Assembly (NCBI RefSeq): GCF_000143415.4
Contig: NW_003314291.1
Coordinates: 655,316 to 719,315 of the forward strand
Origin: Selaginella moellendorffii
Taxonomy: Eukaryota; Plantae; Lycopodiophyta
DNA: 64,000 nucleotides
Direction: 5' to 3'
Below are positions 47,852 to 61,539 of this stretch, piece after piece; the stretch's first letter is position 1; every line of letters begins with the position of its first letter. A model generated the notes under the pieces. The model was not told the origin of the DNA. It searched no databases and saw only the letters and a program-made list of their open reading frames with translations. The position numbers and the translations under genes are program-made.

Positions 47852-49618
47852 ATGGCCCCCGCATTGCCGGTCCGAGGCAAGAATCCCGCCGCCAAGCCCA
47901 GGAGCAATCCAGCGCCGGATGAGCCTGACAGCCCGATCAAGATGAGGAGGAAGAAGAAGAAGCTGCCCCACGAGGTCGAGAATCCCCAAGGTGAGATCTC
48001 TCCTTGCAAGCCCGCGGCGTTCCTGGGCTTCTTCAAGCCTGCATTGGCAAAGAGGGCCGGCGAGGAGCCAAATCCCCATGGTGAGATCACTATGACGAAT
48101 CCAGAGGCCTTTCTTGGGTTCTTCAAGCCTCCCCGGTGGATTAGAAAGTGTCCGGCGACGCGGGATGAGGTCTACTCGCCATTGCCGCCGCCCGATCCAG
48201 ACAAAGTTCCTCGTCTCAAGAAGAAAAAGGTATGGTTTCTTTGCTCTTAGAAAGAACTAGACTTGTTTAGTTTTTTTTCTTGCAAATCTAAACTCTGTTA
48301 GTTTTCTTTCTTTCTTGCAGTGGAAGAGGAGACCTCGCGGCTATAGAGTGAGACGAGGATGGTTTTGTGAGCACGCAGGATTGTCTCCTAGGAAAGGCCG
48401 CGGCGACAACTTCATGAACTTCACTCCGCAAGAACAGGAGGTTTCTCTCTCCACCACCAACGTTTTTCTTTCACTATCAGCTCGCGAATGGTATACTTTC
48501 AGAACGAGTTCTTCTTTGTATGAGTTTTCTAATGCTTTGGCTTTGTTGCTATGTAGATGCTGAAAGAGGCCGCGGAACGCAGGCGGAGGAGAGCCGAGGC
48601 CAAGTACAACAAGATGTACCGGTCTTATATCAGCGGCTTGGAGAATCGGCAAGGCCACATAATGCGATTGATGAGTGACTTGGTGAATCTCGCGGATCGA
48701 AAACACCATGAGAAGCATTCGTTGCTCTACGAGCAATGGCGAGTACAAGTGTACGAGTATATTCAGCGGCAGATCGAGGACTCTCTCGAAGAAATATCCC
48801 CTGACTATATCAAGGACAAGCTAAGTACGTTCTTCAGGAGATTTGTTTTGTTGTTACATGTCACCTCATCTTCTGTTTGTCCAGGGTGGTTCCACTATCA
48901 ATATATGGCGATTGCGAACAAGCAGATGGTGATGCGGGACTATCCAAGACCGGACTACGATCCGTTTGAACCGCTCAAGCATACCATTAAATTTTCGGTG
49001 AAGGAGTTATGCGACCCTGTGAAGCACGACTTGACAAAGGTCAGTCAGTCACATTGATTTGCACGTAAGATACTAACTTACAAGGTGACAGGAAAACACA
49101 GAGAAGCGTTTCATGGGTGATCCTGTTGCAGACCAGGCAGTGACTAAAGAAACGCTCGATCTGAAGTACTGGCCAGCATACCAGTTTCGCGCATCAAAGT
49201 GGGGACATATTCAGGCAGATGAGGAGGATGGTTCCGAGATTGTCATTTCGCAGCCTGAGTGAGCCGTCCTTCTCTCGGCACCAAGTACGAGATAACGGAA
49301 TTGTTTGTTTGTGATGTTTGCAGCACATTGTATTCTCACGATGTCCTGTACAACCAAGTATTCGTCGGCGATGAATATGTCAAAGCTGAGCTTCCAAGAG
49401 GAAAATATGTAAGTGTAACTAGTTTGACGTCAATTTCCTCTTGGCACATTCTCTCATCATACTTCACTGATCCTGGTTGTTTTTTTTTTTCTTTTTCACA
49501 GATGGTTCCTAACAAAGGAATGTTACCTGAAAATCACGTGGAGAAACCACATGGGAAATGCCAGGTTTGGGATGCGGAGTTTCGAAAGCAGCCCAAGCTC
49601 AGGCTATGGTATAACTGA
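47852..49618 (+). CDS. FAM228-like (cilia/flagella-associated) protein, multi-exon
   Basis: KHSLLYEQWRVQVYEYIQRQI ... YMAIANKQMVMRD...DYDPF...DPVKHDL matches the FAM228 pattern as I recall it. Short GT-AG introns; N-terminal NPxGEI...AFLGFFKP duplication. Confidence 0.6.
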
Positions 49619-49832
49619 AGTCAACAGTGGTTTCGGGCGTCAGCATGCATGGGTTTGCGAGACAAGTTTTATATCTAGCATATGTTTTAGCATATCTGCC
49701 TAATATTTTGATGTTACAGGAAAGCATGTTGTACATTACGAGCATTCGTTTGCGTGCTCTCTCAACGAGAGCCATTAAAAAACGTTCTCCAGCATGCTAA
49801 AAAAAATTCTATCCTTATTATTCTTACTTGAC

Positions 49833-50954
49833 TTAGAGCAACGGGTAAAGCTGTTGCTGTTGTTGCCGCCTGCAGGAAGGAAGAGGTGATCTGCAGGTGC
49901 TCTGGACGTCGTCGTCCTCAAGGTTTACCTTTATCCTCTTTCTAGCTTGCATGTGTTCCAAGATGTCGCTGATCGTACTTGGTGCTCTTTTCAGTGTTGG
50001 AGACTGCTCCCAGCCTCCAAAGAGATTGCCTTGCGGATAGAGGGACCAGTACGTACTCAGCTCCGAGTTGTTGCCGAAACACGGCTCCGAACTGGAACTC
50101 TTTGGATAGTCGTCGTGGTACTGACTTTGCTGGGGCACTCCACTTCGGTTGGATAGATCTTCAGGCATATCGTCGGGCAAGCAGCTGGCAGTCATCAGGT
50201 TCTCATGAGCACAGAACTGGGGAAGCGCTAGCTTGGAGTTATCTATGTCCGGCAAGGCTGCCAGCATTTCGTCCAACCCGGACTCGGACTCCTCGGCCTC
50301 GGCCTCCTGCTCGGGCTCCATCTCGGCTTCCGGCTCGGGCTCAGTGTGACGCGACGACACCATGACTTTGAAGGCCCCGCTGGTTTTTTCGTATATCCGA
50401 CACAGCACCCAGTCATCCAGCTGAAAAAAAGACGAGACACAGTGAGCCCCCAATTCGGATAAGAGCAAGCAGGTGGAACTTACTCGGAGAGATTTGTGAT
50501 CCTTGGCCGGCTTGTGGCTGCTCGACTCGACCAGCCGGTACTCGTGCATTATCCAGTTGGTCTTGACGCCCTTTGGAGCTTTTCCATCGTAGAAGACGAG
50601 GGCCTTCTTGACGCCAACTTTGCGGTTGCCTCGGGTGTGAATCGGTTTGTCAGTGCCGGTGGCCTTCCAGTAGCCGGACCCGGCTGCTCGGTTGGGGCGA
50701 GCACCGTTTGGATACTTTCGGTCTCTGGGAGTGAAGAAGTACCACTCTCGCTCGCCGAAGTAGGCCTTGCTCGGGAGATCCCAGGGGCTGAACTTGTAGA
50801 GGTCTACTTCGGCTATCACAGGAACAGGGAATGGTTTGGACTCGGCCTTCTTGCACAAGTAGTGGACGACGAGCTCCTCGTCTGTCGGATGGAACCTGAA
50901 GCCAGCAGGCAAATGCAGCTGTGACGAGGAGGTGGAGAACTTCGCTGGAGCCAT
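49833..50954 (-). CDS. NAC-domain transcription factor (ATAF-like)
   Basis: [58 protein letters not shown] and [10 protein letters not shown]; one in-frame intron at ~50422-50483. Confidence 0.96.
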   Translation of the reverse strand: MAPAKFSTSSSQLHLPAGFRFHPTDEELVVHYLCKKAESKPFPVPVIAEVDLYKFSPWDLPSKAYFGEREWYFFTPRDRKYPNGARPNRAAGSGYWKATGTDKPIHTRGNRKVGVKKALVFYDGKAPKGVKTNWIMHEYRLVESSSHKPAKDHKSLRVSSTCLLLSELGAHCVSSFFQLDDWVLCRIYEKTSGAFKVMVSSRHTEPEPEAEMEPEQEAEAEESESGLDEMLAALPDIDNSKLALPQFCAHENLMTASCLPDDMPEDLSNRSGVPQQSQYHDDYPKSSSSEPCFGNNSELSTYWSLYPQGNLFGGWEQSPTLKRAPSTISDILEHMQARKRIKVNLEDDDVQSTCRSPLPSCRRQQQQQLYPLL

Positions 50955-51544
50955 CTCCGACTATGAGGTACTTTACTGTTGCTTGGCTAAAATCTTTTCT
51001 TCTGTGAATCCCGAGTCTATACACTCTCTATGCTAAGATCCTGGTCGCCCTTTCCAGGTGCGCAGCTCGTTCTGCTCGATTAAGTCGCGAGAAATCGCGA
51101 AAAAACGAAGGGGGTGCTGCTACTCTGAGCTGCGCTTCCACGCTTCCACCACGAAGTCTCGCTGGACGATTCTATCTTAATTGTGCGCCAAGTGAGTGAA
51201 GAGCTCTCCTCTCATGTTCTTCCCCTTCTCTTCACAGGGTGCTTGTTTCAATTGCAGCTTATAGTAGGGCCTTAAAAGCTTAAGTGCCTTGGACAGACTT
51301 TCTAGAACGACGACTTACTGGAAGGCCCACCGGTTTTAACTAGATATTTTTTGACTTGTACAGCATGTGAGACGTGGTAAATTATCCTCGAGAGCGAGCA
51401 AAACTGGGCTATCTGCGGGGTAAGTTTACCGAAAAGCTACGTAGCGCCTAACAGGGATATCCCTGGTGACGAGTACAAAAGGAAGCTTCCTAGAGTGCTT
51501 CCCTGGACTTTATGGAGATGTTGCATGTATTGATTTATTTTGAC

Positions 51545-51850
51545 AGGGTCAATATCAAAAGATCAAAGTTTTTAAAAACATTTAAGTTCTCTTTAGTTTG
51601 ACCATTGACCATTGACCGAGCGATCGTGGTGGCCGAATCCGGTGAATGCTGCGATCGGCAAGGGTTCAAACGGCCTGACCATTGACCATAAACCGCTGGC
51701 CGGCCATACAGGGGATCGTTGACCGCAATGACCGGGCGGGTTTGAATGCGTTTGACTGGCGGCTGTTGCGCAGCTGCTTGGTGGCCTTCTCGGAACTCAA
51801 GCGTGGTGATCTTGGAATTTGTTGACCAAACCGGGTTGTCAGGGTCAACC
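51545..51850. promoter_or_regulatory. Dense TTGAC(C/T) (W-box) cluster between the NAC and NAD synthetase genes
   Basis: Plus strand at 51598, 51605, 51612, 51682, 51719, 51752 and 51822; minus strand (GGTCAA) at 51547 and 51843. Confidence 0.5.
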
Positions 51851-52326
51851 ATCTTCAACGTGACCGTTTCCAATTTCTTTTGTTGCTGGAGTGCGTTGCC
51901 CATTGAGGAATACTTTCTTTAGACGTGAGAGAAGCATCGCGAGAAGGAACACCCAAAATTTCGCGGGAAAGTTCCTCTTCTTTTTTTAAGGGGATCGAAC
52001 TCCCGTCATTTTCAATTTTGCCCTAGAAGGACAAAACCCTAAAGTGATTGTCAACAGGATCACGTGCATTCTTGTTTTTACGGCGAGGTGGCGGCGTGCA
52101 TGCGTGACAATGGGGAAAGTTCAGGGGAGCTTTCCATGCTATGGAACCAAAAGTTGATGCTTCTAGCAATTTAGGTGTTTAATTGACATCTTTAGATGTC
52201 CTAAAATAATGCAGCTTTCATGTGGCCTTATCTTTTCGGTTGGAAATGGACGGCCACGATCAGGAGCATACGATGTGTACACGTGGCGGCAATGTGAGGT
52301 TTTAGGGTTCCAGAGCGAGCAAGAGA

Positions 52327-55205
52327 ATGAGGTTAGTGAAGGTCTCTACGTGTAGCTTGAATCAATGGGCTATGGATTTCGAGGGCAACCTCGGCCGGAT
52401 CAACGAGTCCATCCGCCAGGCGCGAGCTGCTGGATCGATGCTCCGCGTCGGCCCCGAGCTGGAAATCACTGGCTATGGCTGCGACGATCACTTCCTGGAG
52501 AACGACACCAGCGCTCACGCGTAATCTTAGAATTTCTAGGTTTATGGGAGTGATTGATGTGCATTCTTCTTTCTAGATGGGAGTGTCTCGCGGAAATTTT
52601 GTCCTCGGATTTAACCTATGGGATCGTGTGTGATATCGGGATGCCTGTTGTGTCCGATGGCGTTCGCTACAATTGCCGGGTTTTTTGCCTCGATGGAAAG
52701 ATCCTTCTCATTCGTCCCAAGAAGTTCCTGGCCAACGATGGGAATTACCGCGAGCTGAGATGGTTCGCGGCTTGGCAGCATCACAACTCGGTGATCGAGT
52801 ACAAGCTCCCGGAGATCATCTGGTCCAAAACTTCGCAGAAGACGGTCACGTTTGGTGATGCCTACGTTTCGTTCTTGGATACGTAAGTGATTGTCTTGCT
52901 CGTTTTCAATCTTGGTTTTTTTGTTCCTCTCTTTCTTTCAGAGCCGTTGCTGTAGAGACTTGCGAAGAACTCTTCACTCCATCGTCGCCACACATTGGCC
53001 TGGCACTAAATGGAGTGGAGATCATTGTAAATGGGAGTGGAAGCCATCATCAGCTTAGAAAACTCAACACAAGGATTGAGTTGATGCAAGGAGCTACGCA
53101 TAAGGCTGGTGGAGTTTATCTATACGCTAACCAGCAAGGCTGTGATGGTGCCCGTCTCTATTATGGTAAGCTTTGCTTCTCCAGTGACTTAATAAGGTTT
53201 TTTACGTCATGAAATGCTAGACGGATGTGCGACCGTTTTCGTGAATGGCGATATGGTGGTCCAGGGCTCTCAGTTTTCATTAGCCGATGTGGAAGTCTTG
53301 ACTGCTTGTGTTGATTTGGACGCGGTAAGATCGGAAAAAAATATTTGTTTTGGTTCTGTTGACACGAATTTGCAGGTTTCGACTTTCAGAGGATCTATTA
53401 GCAGTTTAAGAGAACAGGCCAGCCAGCATAAGTTTATGCCCTACGTTTCTGTTGATTTTCGGCTTTCTAGGCCGGACGATAGCCTTCTTTTATTTCCTAC
53501 GCTACCGATACTGGTGGGATCCTTACTTTATGATAAAGTCGTTGATCTAATTGTTTGTTACGTGTACGCAGCCTAGATACTACTTACCGGAGGAGGAGAT
53601 AGCTCTTGGTCCTGCTTGCTGGTTGTGGGATTATTTGCGACGTTGTGGTGCGACAGGATATCTCCTCCCGCTATCTGGAGGAGCAGATAGCTCCGCTGTG
53701 GCTGCTATTGTGGGATCGATGTGCCAACTTGTAATAAGAGGTATGCTCTTCGCTTGAAGTTTCATGGAAAGTTTTATTTTGATCTTTTTGGTGTGTAGCT
53801 ATTGAAGAAGGTGATGAGCAAGTTTTAAACGATGCCATCAGGATAGGAAACTACGAGAACGGGAAGGTGCCAAAAAGCGCCGAGGAGTTTGCAAACCGGA
53901 TTGTCTTCACGGTTTATATGGGATCTGAGAACAGGTAGAAAAGTATCGGCTTTGTTGATTGACTAAGTTTTTTCTTGTTTTCAGCTCAGCGCAAACTCTC
54001 AATCGTGCAGCTCAACTCGCCTCGCAAATTGGAGCTTCTCATATGGATCTCAAAATCGATAAAATAGTATCAGCGTTGGTGTCGCTGTTTACAAGCTTGA
54101 CTGGAAAAGTTCCTCGTTACAAGGTAAGCCTCATTTTATATGTTCAGCTCTTGACAGCAGGGCTTTTTCAGGTGGATGGAGGTTCTACTGCTGAGAATCT
54201 CGCTCTACAGAATTTACAAGCTAGAATCAGGATGGTGATTGCCTATATGCTTGCATCACTACTCCCTTGGGTGAAAGGGAAGAGGGGATTCTTTCTTGTT
54301 CTAGGAAGCGCGAACGTAGACGAAGGTCTACGAGGATATCTTACAAAAGTAAGTGCATGTGTTTAAGTCTGTTCATAGTCCTAATATATGCTGTTCAGTA
54401 TGACTGTAGCTCGGCAGATTTAAATCCAATTGGTGGCATAAGCAAGCAGGATTTGCGATCATTTCTTCGCTGGTGTGCAAATAATCTCCACTATCCCATT
54501 CTTGCGGAGGTTGTATCAGCTCCACCGACGGCAGAGCTTGAGCCAATCAGAGAAAACTATTCACAGGTAGTTTAAACACTCCTTTCAGTTCTTTTTTCCT
54601 GGAGACGAATTACTACATTGTCGTTTTCGCAGACTGACGAAGAGGACATGGGGATGACATATGAGGAGCTTTCAATGTATGGCCGTCTCCGCAAGATCTT
54701 TCATTGTGGCCCCGTGTCTATGTTTAAGGTGTGTTTCGTGGCATCTTTCCTCCACGACACTGATGTGATTCTCTGCAGAACTTATGCCACCGATGGCATG
54801 GCAAGCTTGATCCGGGCCAGGTAGCCATAAAAGTCAAAGACTTCTTCCGGTTCTACTCGATCAATCGCCACAAAATGACCACCATAACTCCTGCGTATCA
54901 TGCTGAGGTATGGTGTAAGAAAAACAGTCCAGCCGATTCCATTTTTTCTGTTTTTTCTTTGACTTCTTTTTCTGTTTGACTTCTTGCAGAATTACTCGCC
55001 AGATGACAACCGATTCGATCAGAGGCAATTCCTCTACAACACTAGGTGGCCCTGGCAATTCAAGAAAATCGATGAGATCGTGGAGCGCGCTGCGAAGAGG
55101 CCAGTAGTGACTGAGGAGCCAACTAAAGCTGAAGAAGCGAGCAAACTGGCAAGTGGGATGGGAGTTCCCGCGGCTGCCTCTGGCAATCCTTTGGTTGGAA
55201 TGTGA
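52327..55205 (+). CDS. QNS1: Glutamine-dependent NAD(+) synthetase, multi-exon
   Basis: [77 protein letters not shown] and [13 protein letters not shown]. Confidence 0.96.
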
Positions 55206-55548
55206 TAGCACGAAATCACAACCATACACTACCGTCGGATTGTAGCATCTCACGGTCTAGATTCGTAGTTAGAGATTACATTGGTTAGGGGCTAATGCTC
55301 TCCATTCTTTTAATGCGTGGTTCTAAGCATGGCAGCTCTTCCACCTTTTGATCAGCTCCAGCATCTCATTCTTGCTCTAAGTTTGGATCAGGTAAGAGCT
55401 TTTCCTTCCTCTTTGTTTTCATCTAGAACACATTGTCGACAATGGTGGTGTGGAAGCATTGCTCACACTCTCGTTCGAGTTAGAATCAACAAGTACAGAA
55501 ATAGACGCATTTCTTCCAGTTTCTCTAAGCTGTCAAGCTGGGACAAGT

Positions 55549-55752
55549 TTCGTGGATTTCGAGTTCCAGGAAGGAAGTAAGTTCAAAATTCTGCTACTAG
55601 CAAGGGTGATACTGTTTGCAGGGTAAAACTGGAAAGCTAACGCATGCTTTGCACTCGGTTCGTGGATTTCGAGTTCCAGGAAGGAAGTAAGTTTCAAATT
55701 CTGTTACTAGCAAGGGTGATACTGTTTGCAGGTTAAAACTGGAAAGCTAACT
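55549..55752 (+). repeat. Tandem duplication of a ~95-110 bp unit
   Basis: TTCGTGGATTTCGAGTTCCAGGAAGGAAGTAAG...CTGGAAAGCTAAC at ~55549 and ~55659. Confidence 0.85.
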
Positions 55753-56644
55753 TCGTAAGAACTAAGTTCGCGGTTTATGGCACAATTATGCATGCGTTGC
55801 ACTCGGACTTGCAGAAGGGGGATTATCAAACATCCAACAGGTGATTGATTGAAGCTGGATTCACAGTTTCAAATAAACTTTCCTGCAACTGGACGAGCGT
55901 TCTCAAAGAGCTCAGCCTCACGCAACTCAGAGGCCGTTTCCTAGGCCGTTCTCAACACTGTCAGCATCCTCTGGAGGCACCTGACACTTCACAGCAAGCT
56001 TGCCGAGGCCATGGACACTGGTAAAAGTGTAGGCCAATTGAAACTGAGCTTGCGGGATGCACGAACCTCTAAGCTTTACACAGATCACAAACAATATCCA
56101 GTTAAGTGTCTCTCGTTCTCTCTCAGCTTAAGGAATGATTTACTTGAACGAGATCACATTAATAGCCCAAAATCCAACTCTTGAAAGCTCTACAGTTGTG
56201 TTAACTTGTGGAAGTTACAGAAGTGGGCGTGTACTTGTTGCATCTATGAATTTCTCTAGGTCATTGACTCCCAGATGCCACACTTCTTCATACACTTGCA
56301 AGCTTGAACACGTCCTTGACAAATCCTTTCGAGCGCCTGGTGCAATTTCATGCGACCCACCACCATGACCTACAGAGAAAAAGAATTCAAATATTCAATC
56401 CAAAGTTCACGAATTCAAAAGTAGCTTACCTCCAGAATTACGAGATGATCACCACTGAGCTGTGAGCGATCTAGAATTAAAAAAACACGATCAAAGTATG
56501 AGTGCGAGTGAAAGAATAGTTCTCTCTTTTTGATATACATGAATCCCAGAAACGCTGTTACCTCTTCCAGCCTTCCCGTGGATCTTAAAAGTGACGTCGA
56601 GTCTAGTGCTCCTTCCCCGCTAGTTCATTTCCAGTTGTGTTCTC

Positions 56645-57650
56645 TTTACATGGGATCCGAGAACAGGTAGGCTAGAAAGTTTTTCGGAGTGAATGTAAGA
56701 TTTTTAATTTTCAGCTCAGCGCCGACGCTCAATCGTGCAGGTCAACTCGCCTCGCAAAAATCGATAAAATAGTATCAGCGTTGGTGTCGCTGTTTACAAG
56801 CTTGACTGGAAAAGTTCCTCGTTACAAGGTAGGCCTCATTTTATATGTTCAGCCCCTTGGCAACAATCTCGATCTACAAAATCTACAAGCTAGGAGCAGG
56901 ATGGTGATTGCCTATATGCTTGCATCACTATTCCCTTGGGTGAAAGGGAAGAGTGGATTCTTTCTTGTTCTAATTAAGTTCGTTCATAGTCCTTTTAGTA
57001 TGACTGTAGCTCGGCAGATTTAAATCCAGTTGGTGGCCTAAGCAAGCAGGATTTGCGATCATTTCTCCGCTGGTGTGCAAATAATCTCCACTATCCCATT
57101 CTTGCGGAGGTTGTACGACGGCAGAGCTTGGAGAGCCAATTAGAGAAAACTATTCACAGGTAGTTGAAACACTCCTTTCCGGTTCCTTTTTTCGGAGACG
57201 CATTACTATATGTTGCCTTCGTTGTTTTCGAAACATCAACGTACGCAAGATCTTTCATTGTGGCCCCGTATCCAGTGTGCTTAGGCCACCAATTGGACGT
57301 TTTAAGGTGTGCTTCGATGTGATATTCCGCAGGACGTATGCCACCGGTGGCAAAGCTTGACCCGGGCCAGGTAGCCATAAAAGTTGATCCAGTTCTACTC
57401 GATCAATCGCCATGAAATGACCAATAACTCCTACATATCATATCATTTTTTATTTTTTTTTGTTTTTTTTTCTTTGGCTTCTTGCAGAATTACTCGCCAG
57501 ATGACAACCGACTCGATCAGAGGCAATTCCTCTACAGCACTAGGTGGCCCTGGCCATTCAAGGAAATCGATGAGATCATCGAGCCAACTAAAGCTCAAAC
57601 TGGCAACTGGAATGGCCATCCTTTGGCTGAAAAGTGATAGCACAAAAGTC
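56645..57650 (+). pseudogene. Partial tandem duplicate of the NAD synthetase 3' half
   Basis: Colinear with ~53912-55220 including introns (ATGGGATCYGAGAACAGGTAG ... GTGATAGCAC); internal deletions and frameshifts, no 5' half. Confidence 0.9.
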
Positions 57651-57974
57651 ACAGGTAGAGAACTAAGTTCTTCATTGGGTTCATTGGGCTCTCATGGTTC
57701 TAGTCTAATTGCTTTTCTCTCATGGTTCTAATATCTAATTCTCTCTCTCTCATGGTTCTAATCTTTTATGGTTCTACTTAAGCTATTTTTTTGCTTGGCT
57801 ACGCGTTTCTTCGCGAGATGACACGTGACAAAGCTTCTGAGCATGAAGTATAGCGTGACTGGATCATATATGCTTTTACTTTTTCATACTTCTCCCAGAG
57901 GGACTGTTGCATGAAGGAAAGAGAGGGGGCCTCTTTTTAGGGATTTTTGGGGCGATCGAGCGGCCTAGGCGCCA

Positions 57975-60830
57975 ATGCAGGCCCCTAGCACCGCTTCTGG
58001 GTCGCGATTCTTGGAGCTGCGATGGAAGGCGAGCAAGGATGCGCTGGTTCCTGCCGCTGCGCTGCCGAAAATCTCCAAGAAGCCGAAGGTCTCCCTGTCA
58101 TGCAGCTCTGATTTCTTTCTTTCGAGGCGCGCGATCGCCAATGCTGGAGCTCCGGCTGCCGCTGCGAGGAACGGAAGCTGTCGTGGGGATGGAGATCGCT
58201 CGAGGAAGGTCTGCATTGTGTGGTTTAAGAAAGACCTTCGCATGGATGATCATCCGGGGCTGGTTGCCGCCGCGTCCTCGGGATATGACGCTGTGATCCC
58301 GCTCTTTGTCTTCGACCCCATGCTGTTTCGAGGTTTGCTTGGAGAGATTTCTTCCTCTTTTTTTTTCTTCTGATTGATAGTTTTGCTTGGCTTGATTTCC
58401 AGGATGGTCTCAAGACTTTGTGGAGGCGCTCGTGGAGGCGGTGGCCGACTTGAAGCTAGCTCTCCAAGCTGCCGGATCCGATCTCGCTATTAGAGTTGGA
58501 AGTGCGCAAGATGTCATGTACAAACTAGTCCATCAGGTATCGAACTCCTTTTAGTTTTCTTATGGGTGACGCTGACTCTTGCCAATGCACAGGTCAACCC
58601 TCGCGATGTTTTCACGGAAGATGAGATCGAGGAAGGGCCGAGAAAGATTGTGTGTGATACATGGAGCGTTTTGAAAGCAAAATGCCAGAACGAGCCTGCT
58701 TTAAGACAGTGGACAGCATCACTTCATGAAAACCAGGTGAATTGGAAGTGCATTGCTGATCTCATGCAATCTCTTGGTTTCTAGGACTTGGAATTCATTT
58801 CCGACGACTATAGGAAGTACAAAGCCGTGCAATATTCTCTGGTTTCTCCTGTAGGGGCGCCTTCACTATTGCCACCACTTCCAGGAGATCTGAACAAAGG
58901 TACGGGATTTTATTCTTATAAGCTGTACTTATATTGTGAACCGTGCAGGGAGCATTCCGGCAGTTGAAGACTTTATTCTTCTCGTTAATCAGTCTCAGCA
59001 AACAATTCTGAAGGAAAAGGACGCAAGGGAGACTCTTATGTGTCTCCAAAGAAGTCCGAGGACAACGAGGAGGCGGCCATTGTGGCTCAGGAAACTTAAT
59101 GCGTGGTTTTCGAAGGTTACGGCAAACAACCTATCAGGTGTCGAACACGACGTTTTCGTAGGATGCGGTGCTACCGACGCTCTACACGCTCTAAGAGCCT
59201 TCCTGCAATTTCCTCAGCCTTCAACACACAATTGGAGGATGTTGGTAACTCTCCAACTTGATGTATTGGAATTCTCATTGTTTTGCGCAGGACGCAGCAC
59301 TTGCAGAGAAAAAAAGACGTATCATTCCGGTCGACCTTTGGCAAAGTGTTAGCCCTGGGGACAATATCATTGAGAAGAATGCATCACGAAGCTCTGCTGT
59401 ATAGCACGAGCAAATGGGTTTCATCTCAAACAGTCACAACTGCGATAAACGAAGTAAAACTCATCGAGGTACATTTTGCTGATATCTAGTAATTTGTCTC
59501 ATGGACTGCAACTTTCCAGTGGTACAGCTTACTTCAAAGGAAAACACAATTGCAGGAGGCTCGAAATGGCTGGCAAGTGAAGACTTGGAAATGGCGAGGT
59601 TTCCTTATACAGGTATCCTCGGTAATTGTTATGGGCAAACATAACGCTTTTAAATTTTGCAGTATACTACATGTGGTGACGAAGGCCCCGCGGTGGTCTT
59701 AGTTCACGGCTTTGGAGCTTTTTGGCAGCATTATCGGGACAACATCAGAGAGCTCGCAGGGAATAAAAACCGAGTCTGGGCCATTACAATGCTGGGTTTT
59801 GGAAGATCAGAAAAACCAGGCATTATTTATACAGAGCTATTGTGGGCTGAGCTCCTGAGAGATTTTATCGTCGAGGTTGTTGGCGAACCTGTTGTACTTG
59901 TGGGAAATTCTTTGGGAGGTAGTATTTTTTTAAATGCTGAACTTCCTGATTAACTATGAATGTGCAGGATATATCGCAACTATGGTAGCTGGCTTTTGGT
60001 CTTCTTTAGTAAAGTCGCTTGTGCTGCTAAATACTGCTGGCATTGTGGATCCCAATTATGAATTTGTCGCTAAAGTAAGTATATCGTCATGGCTCAAACT
60101 TGGATTCACATATTTATCTACAGGCTGTAAAGAGAAAAGGTATTCCTCGGGCAAGCTTACAAGTTCTACTTTTTTTTCTGCAGCAGCAATGTGCTTCGGC
60201 TTTCAAGCTTTGTTATCCTTCCGTAAGAATGTCTGTTTCAATGTTTGCACTCGTTTAAGTTTCCTGTATCTCATTTCACAGCACAGCGAGAGAGTTGACG
60301 AGTGCATTCTTGGCGAAGCTCTAAGAGCAGTATCCTCTATTTATACTTGTTTTTCTTTTTTCTCTCAGTTTCTTTGACAAAACGCAGTCATTTGATCCAG
60401 GGGCAACATCTGTACTCGAAAGCATGTTCTACTTGCGGTTGCCTCTGCCTCTTAACTTTTTGCTTAATCAGTACGAAGGAAAAACGCTGATTGTACAGGT
60501 GGATAAAGCTTTGATCATGTTCTCTCTCTGATATGCTTATTGTCTCTAGGGAATCTTTGATCCGCTGCAAAACGCCTTTAGAAAAGCTCGGGCTCTACAA
60601 GCATGCTGCAAAGACATCACAGTGAGCATCGTGAATGCTGGTACGGTTCTGTCTCTTTACGTTGCAAATTGCTAAGTGATTCGTCCGTAGGCCACTGTCC
60701 GCATGATGAAGTTCCGGAAGAAGTGAACAGGATTATCAGCGGGTGGGTTAAGGATACAAGTTCGAAGCCAGTAGATGGACGTGCCATTACAGGCACGAGA
60801 AGGTTCGAAATCGATTCTTTAAATAGATAG
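57975..60830 (+). CDS. DNA-photolyase-N-domain plus alpha/beta-hydrolase fusion protein (At4g25290-like), probable plastid transit peptide
   Basis: IVWFKKDLRMDDHPGL, then GPAVVLVHGFGAFWQHYRDN, LGFGRSEKP, LVGNSLGG and GHCPHDEVPEEVN; multiple short introns. Confidence 0.88.
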
Positions 60831-61539
60831 TTATTACAGATCCCGAGGCACTAGATTCACTCGAACAGATGTACAACTGGAAGAAGAATAATGGAAGGAA
60901 GGTTCGAATAGCTCAAGGTACTCAATCGAGATTCGAGAACTTCTCTAACTACGTAAACAGATACTCCCGAGAGAGGTAAGCTGTCTTTGTTTCCGATTTG
61001 CTATGAACTGAATGCTGTGTGACGAAATGCTCCTACAGGTGACCAACTAGTTCGTGCTTCCTTGGGCCTTATCCGTGTTATTACTTTCATCACTTTAGTG
61101 CTGGCGGGGACCTGCACAAACGTTTGAGTGGGTGTCCTTTGGCACATAAGCTACGTGGGCTGGAGAATCTTTTGAATTATTGGAATCCCGGATAGAGGTC
61201 AGCAGAATCTCGTTATAAGTTCGCTTCTCTGCGTTTTCCCCTAATTTCATTTCGTTTGTGCTCTTTCAGTCAGAGGATTCTACCAACATGCTGGAGGCAA
61301 CTAGCATCAATGGATATGCTCAACTGCGTGCATCGCATTTCTCCACTCGGGGATACTGTTCGACCTGTCTGGTATATTCAATATCCTGCATAGATCATCC
61401 GCTGTGACATAAGTTTCCTCTTTTCTCTCTGCTGCAGAATGGTAGACATTGACGTCGCGAAACGAGTTGCGGACTAGCCAATAGATTCCTTGTTTCTGGC
61501 CTCACTTCTTGTTCACAGGTCTTTCTTGCTTGATCCCAT

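Noticed and set aside
55830-56590. Exon-like minus-strand fragments between NAD synthetase and its pseudocopy
   Set aside because: Splice-like signals are present but there is no intact frame or recognisable product.
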